Source: Nemertoderma westbladi
Lineage: Eukaryota > Animalia > Xenacoelomorpha
Reading direction: 5' to 3'
Length of the DNA stretch: 51,286 bases
Assembly: GCA_032718475.1 (NCBI GenBank)
Contig: JAUCBJ010007296.1
Location: 1-51,286, forward strand
Shown: positions 23,479 to 35,546 of the stretch, one piece after another
How the letters are laid out: each line of letters begins with the position of its first letter
Position numbering within the stretch: the first letter of the stretch is position 1
Notes under the pieces: model-generated
Databases searched by the model: none
Seen by the model: only the letters and a program-made list of their open reading frames with translations
Told to the model about the DNA's origin: nothing
Program-made: the position numbers and the translations under genes

Positions 23479-24054
23479 TTTAAAAAGGATAACGCACAAT
23501 ATTGTATTTCAAGCGCTGCCCCCCCACCCCCCCCCCCCCCCCCCCTCTATACTACCTAGAGATACCAATACTACCTACAGCCACAACGCTCACTTTTTTA
23601 AAATGCCTCTAAATATGTAAAGAAAAAAATACCTATACATCTATACGCTAATTGGCCTGCACAAGTATTCACCATTTTGCGGAATATAGTGTCCTAATTC
23701 AGTCCACCCCCACCCCCCCCCCCCCTCAAAAAAAAAAATTTTTGTGCAAAACATTATGAAATTTGAGACAGATAGTTTTTGACCTCAAGACTTTAGTTAC
23801 AAGCCTTTAAAAAGTGTCTCAGTCGATTGTGACGGGAGTTGGTTGGCATGACTCCCGACTGGGTGTTATTCGGGTTAGTTACCTTGGCTATTAGGGTACG
23901 AGGCTTGGCGGCTTGGGTCTTTGAGGGTCAGTGTTACAAGATAAAGTTATTGAGTTCTTTGGTTTATTTAATCTGATATATAATATTAGGCACTGTCTGA
24001 CTGATTGTTATCACTAGACCGATAGCTTATCTATGTCTATACAAAACGTATTCC

Positions 24055-24400
24055 ATCCCTGCAAACAATTTAACGTTAATAATGCATTAATATACGTTAT
24101 TTTCTGACAATGCCAACGTTAATTATTAACGTAAAAAATACATATTAATAACGTTAGTTTGGCCGCCCTTTTAACGTTAAAAATTAACGCAAATTAACGT
24201 TAATTTTAAACGGTAGTGATTTGGATCGTCAAAATATATTGTATGTTTAACGTTAAAAAATGACATATTACTGACAATCAGTTTGGATCGTTGGAATATA
24301 TTGTATGTTTAACGTTAAAAAATGACATATTACTGACAATGATAAAAACAACTGTAATGATTAACGCTTAATTAATGTTAAAGTTAATTAACGTTAACAA
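24055..24400. repeat. AT-rich transposon-end fragment with TTAACGTT repeats and an internal ~62-bp duplication
   Basis: Starts ccctgcaaaca; many ttaacgtt motifs; tandem duplication at 24221-24340; no partner end seen. Confidence 0.45.
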
Positions 24401-26119
24401 ATAATGGCATATTCCAGACAATTGCTATTATCTTATCTGGCTGACTATTGGTCTGGCTATGGCTATCAGTCTAAACTTACATCTTGACAGTCAGACCGGT
24501 AGACAGTGATAACTCGAAACAACCTAAGAAGGCATTCTCATATTAAACAGTTAGGGTAGGGTGGGTTGACCTCAGGTGACTAATGGAATTAATAACATCA
24601 GGTTAAATTCAAAGCTTTCTCCCATCAGGGCTTCTTCGGGTAATTAATAAAAATGCATACAAACAGATCTCGCCAATCAATTTTCAGATTTGAAATCCTC
24701 TATTTTATGTCTTTTGTGTTGCACTTAGGCTCTGTTTCCTTTGTAACACTTGGCCCTATACATATGTGTGACTTGTAGATACGGTCTTACCACCCCCCCC
24801 CCCCCCCCCCCCCCCCCCCACTATACTGACGAGGTATGTCCAACTAAGCACCCTTCTCCATCCCCATACATGACATCAAAAAAACTGTCTATTTACATTT
24901 TCAAATTAATTTTTTGATATATAATAACAATTTTCAGTTGACCATATGCAACAGTTTTGTGTATCACATTGGTATTTAACAGGAATAAAAACAATTAGCC
25001 CCACTTTTCAAGGCAAAGTTTCCCAGAAAGTTGAAACTTTGTCTTGTCACTCTACTATGAAAAGTTTATTTTTAGTGACATAATTTTTAAACTTGTTCTC
25101 ACCAGAAAACTTTCCACTTCGATCTGATATCTCTTGACGGACACCTCAATACCACCATTAAACGACTGTTACTTCCAATTTTCAAGAATATGGACATAAA
25201 GTACGAAAAAAATTTTATAAATTTCCCATACGTGACAAAAACAAATTTTTGCATTCCGGAACGTTTCTATCAATAATGGCTAAGAAATTTTTGGGGCACT
25301 TTCTGGTTTCATATGCAGAAATTATCGCTCTTTCTAACCATCAATATGGCAAATTCTCAAAGTTAATTTCAAAATTCAATAAATTTCAAAAATCACGTAC
25401 GGGACATTGGTCAATATGGTTGGCATTGACCCATGTGACAGTCATATGCTTTTGTGGAAATAAGAGTCTTCCCCGGGTAATAATATTATGTGAAAACAGA
25501 GTTCATTTAATGCGACGCCTTTCATGATTGCATGTCGCCTCATCATTTGTAATGGAAGCGCATAGCAGATTGGATCCGGTAACATCTATATTTCGATAGT
25601 TACACAGCTGTTTATTCTTCAATCTTCTAATGGTTTATTGAAGATGGAGTTACTTAGATTCCAGCGATAAAATCTGAATTTCGTTGGAGATTGGCTTAGA
25701 AAGGTGCATAATTTTCAACTTCGTGAGACTATTTTATTATACTTAATAAATTCACATAACAAAGGTGTTTTCATTTTCAACTGTGTAAATTGCCAACTTT
25801 ATTAAAACTATATGGTTGTTAAACGATGAGTTAAAAAAAATTAAGTATTTTGACACATAATACTAAAATGTTAGATTCTAGATTCGAAATCAGAATACAC
25901 AGCATCACAGACACCTAACTTATTGAACTTCACGAAATAAACAAACCAATCGAAACATCACAATTGAGCCTAGCACAGACACTAATGATAAGACCTAGAC
26001 ACAACTACTCTCAACTACATAAGTTAAGAAAATAAAATTGAAACGAATCTTTGAGGGAATAATAAAAAAAACAGGGAAAAAAAAAGGGCAAGATAATGTT
26101 ATCTAGTTGCACCAAGTTA

Positions 26120-26125
26120 TTTATT
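26120..26125 (-). terminator. Candidate PCTP polyadenylation signal
   Basis: First AATAAA on the minus strand after the satellite ends, followed about 35 nt later by a U-rich tract (26090-26061). Confidence 0.4.
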
Positions 26126-26154
26126 ATTTATAATACATGGAGGATCAGAAAATG

Positions 26155-27751
26155 TCTCCTGATCCACATTGTAACAGTGATCCATATTGTCTCAGTGATC
26201 CATATTGTCCCAGTGATCCATATTGTCTCAGTGATCCATATTGTAACAGTGTCCCTTATTGTCCCAGTGATCCATATTGTCCCAGTGATCCATATTGTCC
26301 CAGTGATCCACATTGTCCCAGTGATCCATATTGTCCCAGTGATCCATATTGTCTCAGTGATCCACATTGTCCCAGTGATCCCGTATGGTCCCAGTGATCC
26401 AATATTGTCCCAGTGATCCATATTGTCCCAGTGATCCTCATTGTCCCAGTGATCCATATTGTAACAGTGTCCCATATTGTCCCAGTGATTCATATTGTAA
26501 CAGTGTCCCTTATTGTCCCAGTGATCCATATTTTAATTGTGCCCCTTATTGTCCCAGTGATCCATATTATCCCAGTGATCCATATTGTCCCAGTGATCCT
26601 CATTGTCCCAGTGATCCATATTGTAACAGTGTCCCATATTGTCCCAGTGATAAATATTGTCCCAGTGATCCGCATTGTCCCAGTGATCCATATTGTCCCA
26701 GTGATCCTCATTGTCCAAGTGATCCATATTTTAACAGTGTCCCTTATTCTCCCAGTGATCCATATTGTAACAATGTCCCATATTGTCCCAGTGATCCATA
26801 TTGTAACAGTGTCCCATATTGTCCCAGTGATTCATATTGTAACAGTGTCCCTCCCTTATTGTCCCAGTGATCCATATTTTAACTGTGCCCCTTATTGTCC
26901 CAGTGATCCATATTATCCCAGTGATCCATATTGTCCCAGTGATCCTCATTGTCCCAGTGATCCATATTGTAACAGTGTCCCATATTGTCCCAGTGATCCA
27001 TATTGTCACAGTGATCCACATTGTCCCAGTGATCTATATTGTCCCAGTGATCCATATTGTCCCAGTGATCCATATTGTAACAGTGTCCCTTATTGTCCCA
27101 GTGATCCATATTGTAACAGTGCCCCTTATTGTCCCAGTGATCCATATTGTCCCAGTGATCCATATTGTCCCAGTGATCCTCATTGTCCCAGTGATCCATA
27201 TTGTAACAGTGTCCCATATTGTCCCAATGATCCATATTGTCCCAGTGATCCACATTGTCCCAGTGATCCATATTGTCCAATGTGATCCTCATTGTCCCAG
27301 TGATCCATATTGTAGCAATGTCCCATATTGTCCCAGTGATCCATATTGTCCCAGTGATCCACATTGTCCCAGTGATCCATATTGTCCCAGTGATCCTCAT
27401 TGTCCCAGTGATCCATATAGTAACAGTGTCCCTTATTGTCCCAGTGATCCATATTGTAACAATGTCCCATATTGTACCAGTGATCCATATTGTCCCAGTG
27501 ACCCATATTGTCCCAGTGATCCATATTGTCCCAGTGATCCATATTGTAACAGTGACCCATATTGTCCCAGTGATCCACATTGTCCCAGTGATCCATATTG
27601 TCCCAGTGAACCATATTGTCTCAGTGATCCATATTGTAACAGTGTCCCTTATTGTCCCAGTGATCCATATTGTCCCAGTGATCCATATTGTCCCAGTGAT
27701 CCTCATTGTCCCAGTGATCCATATTGTAACAGTGTCCCTTATTGTCCCAGT
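26155..27751. repeat. 18-bp minisatellite, left block
   Basis: Unit gtcccagtgatccatatt with variants such as gtaacagtgtcccttatt. Confidence 0.98.
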
Positions 27752-28079
27752 TAGGGATGTCCTGGAATTCCGTTCCAGCCGGAATTCCGGCGGTTTTTGC
27801 CCGATTCCGGTTCCGGCCGGAATTGCCGGAATGGGGTCAATTCCGGCCGGAATTTTACCGGAATTGCAAGGTTCATATCTAGTTTGATAGTTGCAATTAG
27901 TTTGTTAAATTATTAATCATTTGTATATTTTTTCAACATTATTATCAATTAGTTTAAGATACTTTTCAACACTTGTAAACAAGTATAGAAATAAAGTTTT
28001 CTTCGACCGTTAGAGCTCTAACATTTAAGGATGAAAGGCATAGATGCCCCCTGGTTAGCCCCTTTAAACCATTCGTGTC

Positions 28080-28173
28080 GAATCGAAAACTGCCTTGGCC
28101 CACATACAGGGATCGAACCCACGACCTCCAGATAGATTGGAAATCAATGCAACCACTACACCAAGGTGGAACC
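28080..28173 (-). mobile_element. tRNA-derived SINE head (copy 2)
   Basis: Reverse complement ggttccaccttggtgtagtggttgcattga...gggttcgatccc; same family as 4769-4857. Confidence 0.75.
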
Positions 28174-28416
28174 TAAATAACCTATGTAACGAGGGAAAAT
28201 TCACAGCCACCCTGTTTATTAAGTGAATGCAGTCTTGATGGGTATATGTAACACATTTACAAAAAAAATTCACCTGGTAATCAAACTAAAATGGTCCCAC
28301 CATATGTTACACCACCTACTCTAGTATTCATATACAATTCACAATAACCATCGTAATTTACATTAACTAATTAAACCCTTTGTCGTTCTGAAGATATTTT
28401 ATGAAATGCATCATTA

Positions 28417-28762
28417 GGCCCGTGCTCCACTGGTAAGTCGTTTTCAGATTTTGTCTTAGTCAGAATCTCAAAATGAATCCCTCCTTGCTCCATTGGTAAC
28501 ACAAGTCATAAGTCATTTGATAGAAAATATAAGATGCGTCTCACATTTACTGCATATTTATACCCAAAGTAACCAATCAGAGGCCTCTTGCCGGATAAAA
28601 CACATGAGTCATGTGTCAAAAGATGGAACATCGGACATAATCACTTTCGACCCATAGGTCGTAACTTACGATTTACCAGTGGAGACGCCCCCATTGAAAC
28701 CAATGTGTTCCATAATTTATTGTGACTAAGACTACATAAGACTTACCAGTGGAGCACGGGCC
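28417..28762. mobile_element. PIF/Harbinger (Tourist-like) MITE
   Basis: Perfect 23-bp TIR ggcccgtgctccactggtaagtc; TTA on both flanks. Confidence 0.92.
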
Positions 28763-29646
28763 TTAGCGGGTTGTTTTTCCAATTTAATTATTACAATTTT
28801 CTTATAAAATGGCGTTTTTTTAGATTGATTTTACATTATTTTACATTGAATTAATTATTAAATAATATGATAATTACAGGAGGCTAAATAAATTGCTAAC
28901 CTTGTAAAGTTAGCAATGAAAATCGATTAACGATTAACACAATTACAATTACTACTTTAACCTAAAACTAATATAAATATAAAACGTTATTACAATACGT
29001 ACAGGTCGTGCGAGTTGTCGTTAGTTCAGTTCTGCGTCGTAGGTGCTGCATAATATGGTAGTTTTGTTTCTATTTACAGCAAATCCATTTCTTACCATAA
29101 ATCTATTTATTCCCAGCAACAATTAAACTGTAACATGTACTAGTGGCCTCGTTTATTGTTTTGGTTCGAATAACATGTCTCTGTAACATGCTCCTTTCCC
29201 TTAAAGACACCAGGATATTGCACCAAAGGACCTAATGACGCGAAACCGTAGGTTTTTGTTTAACGTAGGTTCTTAGGTATGAGTCTAAATGCTAAAAAAC
29301 TAACTTTTGGCCAAGATTATCGATTTTAGAAAAAAAAATGATATTGAATAATGCCGAAGTACCATCCCGTCCCCATAATAGGCCGTAACGGCACAGGCCA
29401 TTCTCCACTCCACCCACCTTAATTCCCCCCAAGGTTCTGATTCATCTCATTATCAAACTTAGCTGTAGAAATTAAAAAATTCATCTGTTTCACAAAAAAT
29501 TATACTGTTTCATGGGTCATTTAGTGTATTTCACTAATTATAGAAAATTCCGGTTCCGGCCGGAATTCCGGCCGGAATATTCCGGCATGTTGAATTCCGG
29601 TTCCGGTTCCGGCCGGAATCAAAATATCGATTCCGGGACATCCCTA

Positions 29647-32600
29647 GTCCCAGTGATCCATATTGTAACAATGTCCCTTATTGTCCCAGTGATCCATATT
29701 GTCTCAGTGATCCATATTGTAACAGTGTCACATATTGTCCCAGTGATCCATATTGTAACAATGTCCCATATTGTCCTAGTGACACATATTGTCCCAGTGA
29801 TCCACATTGTCCCAGTGATCCATATAGTAACAATGTCCCTTATTGTCCCAGGGATCCATATTGTCCCAGTGATCCATATTGTCTCAGTGATCCACATTGT
29901 CCCAGTGATCCGTATGGTAACAGTGTCCCATATTGTCCCAGTGATCCACATTGTCCCAGTGATCCATATTGTAACAGTGTCCCTTATTGTCCCAGTGATC
30001 CATATTGTAACAATGTCCCTTATTGTCCCAGTGATCCATATTGTAACAGTGTCACATATTGTCCCAGTGATCCATATTGTAACAATGTCCCATATTGTCC
30101 TAGTGACCCATATTGTCTCAGTGATCCACATTGTCCCAGTGATCCGTATGGTAACAGTGTCCCATATTGTCCCAGTGATCCACATTGTCCCAGTGATCCA
30201 TATTGTAACAGTGTCCCTTATTGTCCCAGTGATCCATATTGTAACAATGTCCCTTATTGTCCCAGTGATCCATATTGTCTCAGTGATCCATATTGTAACA
30301 GTGTCACATATTGTCTCAGTGATCCATATTGTAACAATGTCCCATATTGTCCTAGTGACCCATATTGTCCCTTTGATCCACATTGTCCCAGTGATCCATA
30401 TAGTAACAATGTCCCTTATTGTCCCAGTGATCCATATTGTCCCAGTGATCCATATTGTCTCAGTGATCCACATTGTCCCAGTGATCCGTATGGTAACAAT
30501 GTCCAATATTGCCCCAGTGATCCACATTGTCCCAGTGATCCATATTGTAACAGTGTCCCTTATTGTCCCAGTGATCCATATTGTGACAATGTCCCATATT
30601 GTCCCAGTGATCCATATTGTCTCAGTGATCCACATTGTCCCAGTGATCCGTATTGTAACAGTATCCCATATTGTCCCAGCGATCCATATTGTCCCAGTGA
30701 TCCACATTGCCCCAGTGATCCATATTGTCCCAGTGATCCATATTGTAACAGTGTCCCATATTGTCCCAGTGAACCACATTGTCCCAGTGATCCATATAGT
30801 AACAATGTCCCTTATTGTCCCAGTGATCCATATTGTCCCAGTGATCCATATTGTCTCAGTGATCCACATTGTCCCAGTGATCCGTATTGTAATAGTGATC
30901 CACATTGTCCCAGCGATCCGTATTGTAACAGTGTCCCCCATTGTCCCAGTGATCCATATTGTCCCAGTGATCCACATTGTCCCAGTGATCCATATTGTCC
31001 CAGTGATCCATATTCTTCTCAGTGATCCACATTGTCCCAGTGATCCGTATTGTAACAGTGTCCCATATTGTCCCAGTGATCCATATTGTCTCAGTGATCC
31101 ACATTGTCCCAGTGATCCGTATTGTAACAGTATCCCATATTGTCCCAGTGATCCACATTGTCCCAGCGATCAATATTGTCCCAGTGATCCATATTGTCTC
31201 AGTGATCCACATTGTCGCAGTGATCCGTATTGTAACAGTGTCCCATATTGTCCCAGTGATCCATATTGTCTCAGTGATCCATATTGTCCCAGTGATCCGT
31301 ATTGTAACAGTATCCCATATTGTCCCAGTGATCCACATTGTCCCAGCGATCCATATTGTCCCAGTGATCCACATTGCCCCAGTGATCCATATTGTCCCAG
31401 TGATCCATATTGTAACAGTGTCCCATATTGTCCCAGTGTCCCCCATCGTCCTAGTGATCCATATTGTCCCAGTGATCCCCATTGTCCCAGTGATCCATAT
31501 TGTCCCAGTGATCCATATTGTCTCAGTGATCCACATTGTCCCAGTGATCCGTATTGTAACAGTGTCCCATATTTTCCCAGTGTCCCATATTGTCTCAGTG
31601 ATCCACATTGTCCCAGTGATCCATATTGTCTCAGTGATCCACATTGTCCCAATGATCCATATTGCCCCTGTGATCCATATTGTCTCAGTGATCCATATTG
31701 TAACAATGATCCATGTTGCCCCAGTGGTCCACTTTGTCCCAGTGATCCATATTGTAACAATGTCCCTTATTGTCCCAGTGATCCATATTGTATCAGTGAT
31801 CCACATTGTCCCAGTGATCCGTATTGTAACAGTGACCCACATTGTCCAAGTGATCCACATTGTCCCAGTCATCCACATTGTATCACTGATCCATATTGTC
31901 CCAGTGATTCATATTGTCCCAATGATCCATATTGCCCCAGTGATCCATATTGTCCCAGTGATCCATATTGTCTCAGTGATCCACATTGTTCCAGTGATCC
32001 GTATTGTAACAGTGTCACATATTGCCCCAGTGATTCATATTGTCCCAGTGATCCGTATTGTAACAGTGTCCCATATTGTCCAAGTGATCCACATTGTCCC
32101 AGTCATCCACATTGTAACACTGATCCATATTGCCCCAGTGATTTATCCCAGTGATCCATATTGTAACAGTGATCCATATTGTAACAATGTCCCATATTGT
32201 CCCAGTGATCCATATTGTCTCAGTGATCCATATTGTAACAGTGATCCATATTGTAACAATGTCCCATATTGTCCCAGTGATCCATATTGTCTCAGTGATC
32301 CATATTGTAACAGTGATCCATATTGTAACAATATCCCATATTCTCCAGTGATCCATATTGTCTCAGTAATCCATATTGCCCCAGAGATCCATATTGTCCC
32401 AGTGATCCATATTGTAACAATGTCCCATATTGTCTCAGTGATCCATATTGCCCCAGTGATCCATATTGTCCCAGTGATCCATATTGTAACAATGTCCCAT
32501 ATTGTCTCAGTGATCCATATTGTAACAATGTCCCATATTGTCCCAGTGATTCATATTGTCCCAGTGATCCGTATTGTAACAGTGTCCCACATTGTCCAAG

Positions 32601-35332
32601 TGATCCACATTGTCCCAGTGATCCATACCATATTGTAACAACGTCCCATATTGTCCCAGTGATCCATATTGTCTCAGTGATCCATATTGTAACAGTAATC
32701 CATATTGTAACAATGTCCCATATTGTCCCAGTGATCCATATTGTCTCAGTGATCCATATTGCCCCAGTGATCCATATTGTCCCAGTGATCCATATTGTAA
32801 CAATGTCCCATATTGTCCCAGTGATCCATATTGTCTCAGTGATCCATATTGCCCCAGTGATCCATATTGTCCCAGTGATCCATATTGTAACAATGTCCCA
32901 TATTGTCCCAGTGATCCATATTGTCCCAGTGATCCATATTGCCTCAGTGATCCATATTGTCTCAGTGATCCATATTGTAACAGTGATCCATATTGTAACA
33001 GTGATCCATATTGTCTCAGTAATCCATATTGTAACAATATCCCATATTGTCCCAGTGATCCATATTGTCTCAGTGATCCATATTGTAACAGTGATCCATA
33101 TTGTAACAATGTCCCATATTGTCCCAGTGATCCATATTGTCGCAATGATCCATATTGTCCCAGTCATCCACATTATAACACTGATCCATATTGTAACAGT
33201 GTCCCTTATTGTCCCAGTGATCCATATTGTAACAGTGCCCCTTATTGTCCCAGTGATCCATATTGTCCCAGTGATCCATATTGTCCCAGTGATCCTCATT
33301 GTCTCAGTGATCCATATTGTAACAATGCCCCATATTGTCCCAGTGATCCATATTGTCCCAGTGATCCTCATTGTCTCAGTGACCATTTTGTAACAATGTC
33401 CCATTTTGTCCCAGTGATCGATATTGTCTCAGTGATCCATATTGTAACAGTGATCCATATTGTAACAATGTCCCATATTGTCCCAGTGATCCATATTGTA
33501 ACAGTGCCCCTTATTGTCCCAGTGATCCATATTGTCCCAGTGATCCATATTTTCCCAGTGATCCTCATTGTCTCAGTGATCCATATTGTAACAATGTCCC
33601 ATATTGTCCCAGTGATCCATATTGTCTCAGTGATCCATATTGTAACGGTGTTCCATATTGTCTCAGTGATCGATATTGTAACAGTGATCGATATTGTAAC
33701 AATGTCCCATATTGTCCCAGTGATCCATATTGTCGCAGTGATCCACATTGTAACACTGATCCATATTGTAACAGTGATCCATATTGTAACAGTGATCCAT
33801 ATTGTAACAATGTCCCATATTGTCCCAGTGATCCATATTGTAACAGTGCCCCTTATTGTCCCAGTGATCCATATTGTCCCAGTGATCCATATTGTCCCAG
33901 TGATCCTCATTGTCTGTGATCCATATTGTAACAATGTCCCATATTGTCCCAGTGATCCATATTGTCTCAGTGATCCATATTGTCCCAGTGATCCATATTG
34001 TCTCAGTGATCCATATTGTAACAGTGATCCATATTGAAAAAATGTCCCATATTGTCCCAGTGTCCCATATTGTCCCAGTCATCCACATTGTAACACTGAT
34101 CCATATTGTAACAGTGATCCATATTGTAACAATGTCCCATATTGTCCCAGTGTCCCATATTGTCCCAGTGATTCATATTGTAACAGTGATCCATATTGTC
34201 CCAGTGATTCATATTGTAACAGTGATCCATATTGTCCCAGTGATCCACATTGTCCCAGTGATCCACATTGTCCCAGTGATCCATATTGTCCCAGTGATCC
34301 TCATTGTCCCAGTGATCCATATTGTAACAGTGTTCCATATTGTCCCAGTGATCCATATTGTAACAGTGATCCATATTGTAACAATGTTCCATATTGTCCC
34401 AGTGGTCCATATTGTCCCAGTGATCCATATTGTCCCAGTGATCCATATTGTAACAGTGATCCATATTGTAACAGAGTGCCATATTGTCCCAGTGATCCAT
34501 ATTGTCCCAGTGATCCATATTGTAACAGTGATCCATATTGTAACAACGTCCCATATTGTCCCAGTGATTCATATTGTCTCAGTGATCCATTTTGTAACAG
34601 TGTTCCATATTGTCCCAGTGATCCATATTGTAACAATGTGCCATATTGTCCCAGTGATCCATATTGTCCCAGTGATCCATATTTTAACAGTGATCCATAT
34701 TGTAACAACGTCCCATATTGTCCCAGTGATTCATATTGTCTCAGTGATCCATATTGTAACAATGTTCCATATTGTCCCAGTGATCCATATTGTAACAGTG
34801 ATCCATATTGTAACAATGTCCCATATTGTCTCAGTGATCCATATTGTCCCAGTGATTCATATTGTAACAGTGATCCATATTGTAAAAGTGATCCATATTG
34901 TAACAGTGATCCATATTGTAACAATGTGCCATATTGTCCCAGTGATCCATATTGTAACAGTGATCCATATTGTAACAACGTCCCATATTGTCCCAGTGAT
35001 TCTTCATAATGTCTCAGTGATCCATATTGTAACAGTGATCCATATTGTAACAATGTCCCATATTGTCTCAGTGATCCATATTGTAACAGTGATCCATATT
35101 GTAACAATGTCCCATATTGTCTCAGTGATCCATATTGAAAAAATGTCCCATATTGTCCCAGTGTCCCATATTGTCCCAGTGATTCATATTGTCCCAGTGA
35201 TCCATATTGTCGCAGTGATCCATATTGTCGCAGTGATTCATATTGTCCCAGTGATCCATATTGTCTCAGTGATCCATATTGTAACAGTGTTCCATATTGT
35301 CCCACTGATCCATATTGTCCCAGTGATCCACA
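29647..35332. repeat. 18-bp minisatellite, right block
   Basis: Same unit as the left block, with higher-order variant patterns; degenerates into the last PCTP exon. Confidence 0.98.
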
Positions 35333-35367
35333 TCAACCCCTGATACATATCGTCCCACTAGGAGACG

Positions 35368-35546
35368 TCAGGAAACGTCCAACGATCCACTTTGACCCAC
35401 CGATCCACACTCCCCAAGGTACTTCTTGTAATTCCGACACGCTTTTTCCATGTGAGTTAGAAACTGAGGCACACCTGTCTTGGCTGCCCAATTAATCAGC
35501 CAAGTTGGTATCATTCCTTTAGGGTTGTCGAAGTAATACATATAAG
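35368..35546 (-). CDS. PCTP: PCTP coding exon 4 (to stop)
   Basis: Acceptor tttcag/CT; AYMYYFDNP...SLDVS-TGA. Confidence 0.92.

Larger units (their letters stand above)
27752..29646. mobile_element. hAT-type non-autonomous element inserted in the minisatellite
   Basis: TIR tagggatgtcc(t/c)ggaat; 8-bp TSD gtcccagt (27744-27751, 29647-29654); subterminal ccggaattccgg repeats. Confidence 0.92.

Noticed and set aside
29230-29253. Second hammerhead-like motif (cctaatga-cgc-gaaac-cgta-gg)
   Set aside because: Core G is mutated, there is no stem II, and no Penelope context.
26096-35343. Long ORFs (up to 880 aa) of VIHIVP, SDPYCP, WITGTI, MDHWDN or GSLGQY repeats as real proteins
   Set aside because: An 18-bp unit leaves five of six frames open. 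The ORFs switch frames at random indels, a transposon interrupts the array, and there is no signal peptide or unique domain.
35266-35370. Stop-codon readthrough of PCTP into a giant repeat protein
   Set aside because: Readthrough of TGA-C would meet another TGA after about 33 codons.
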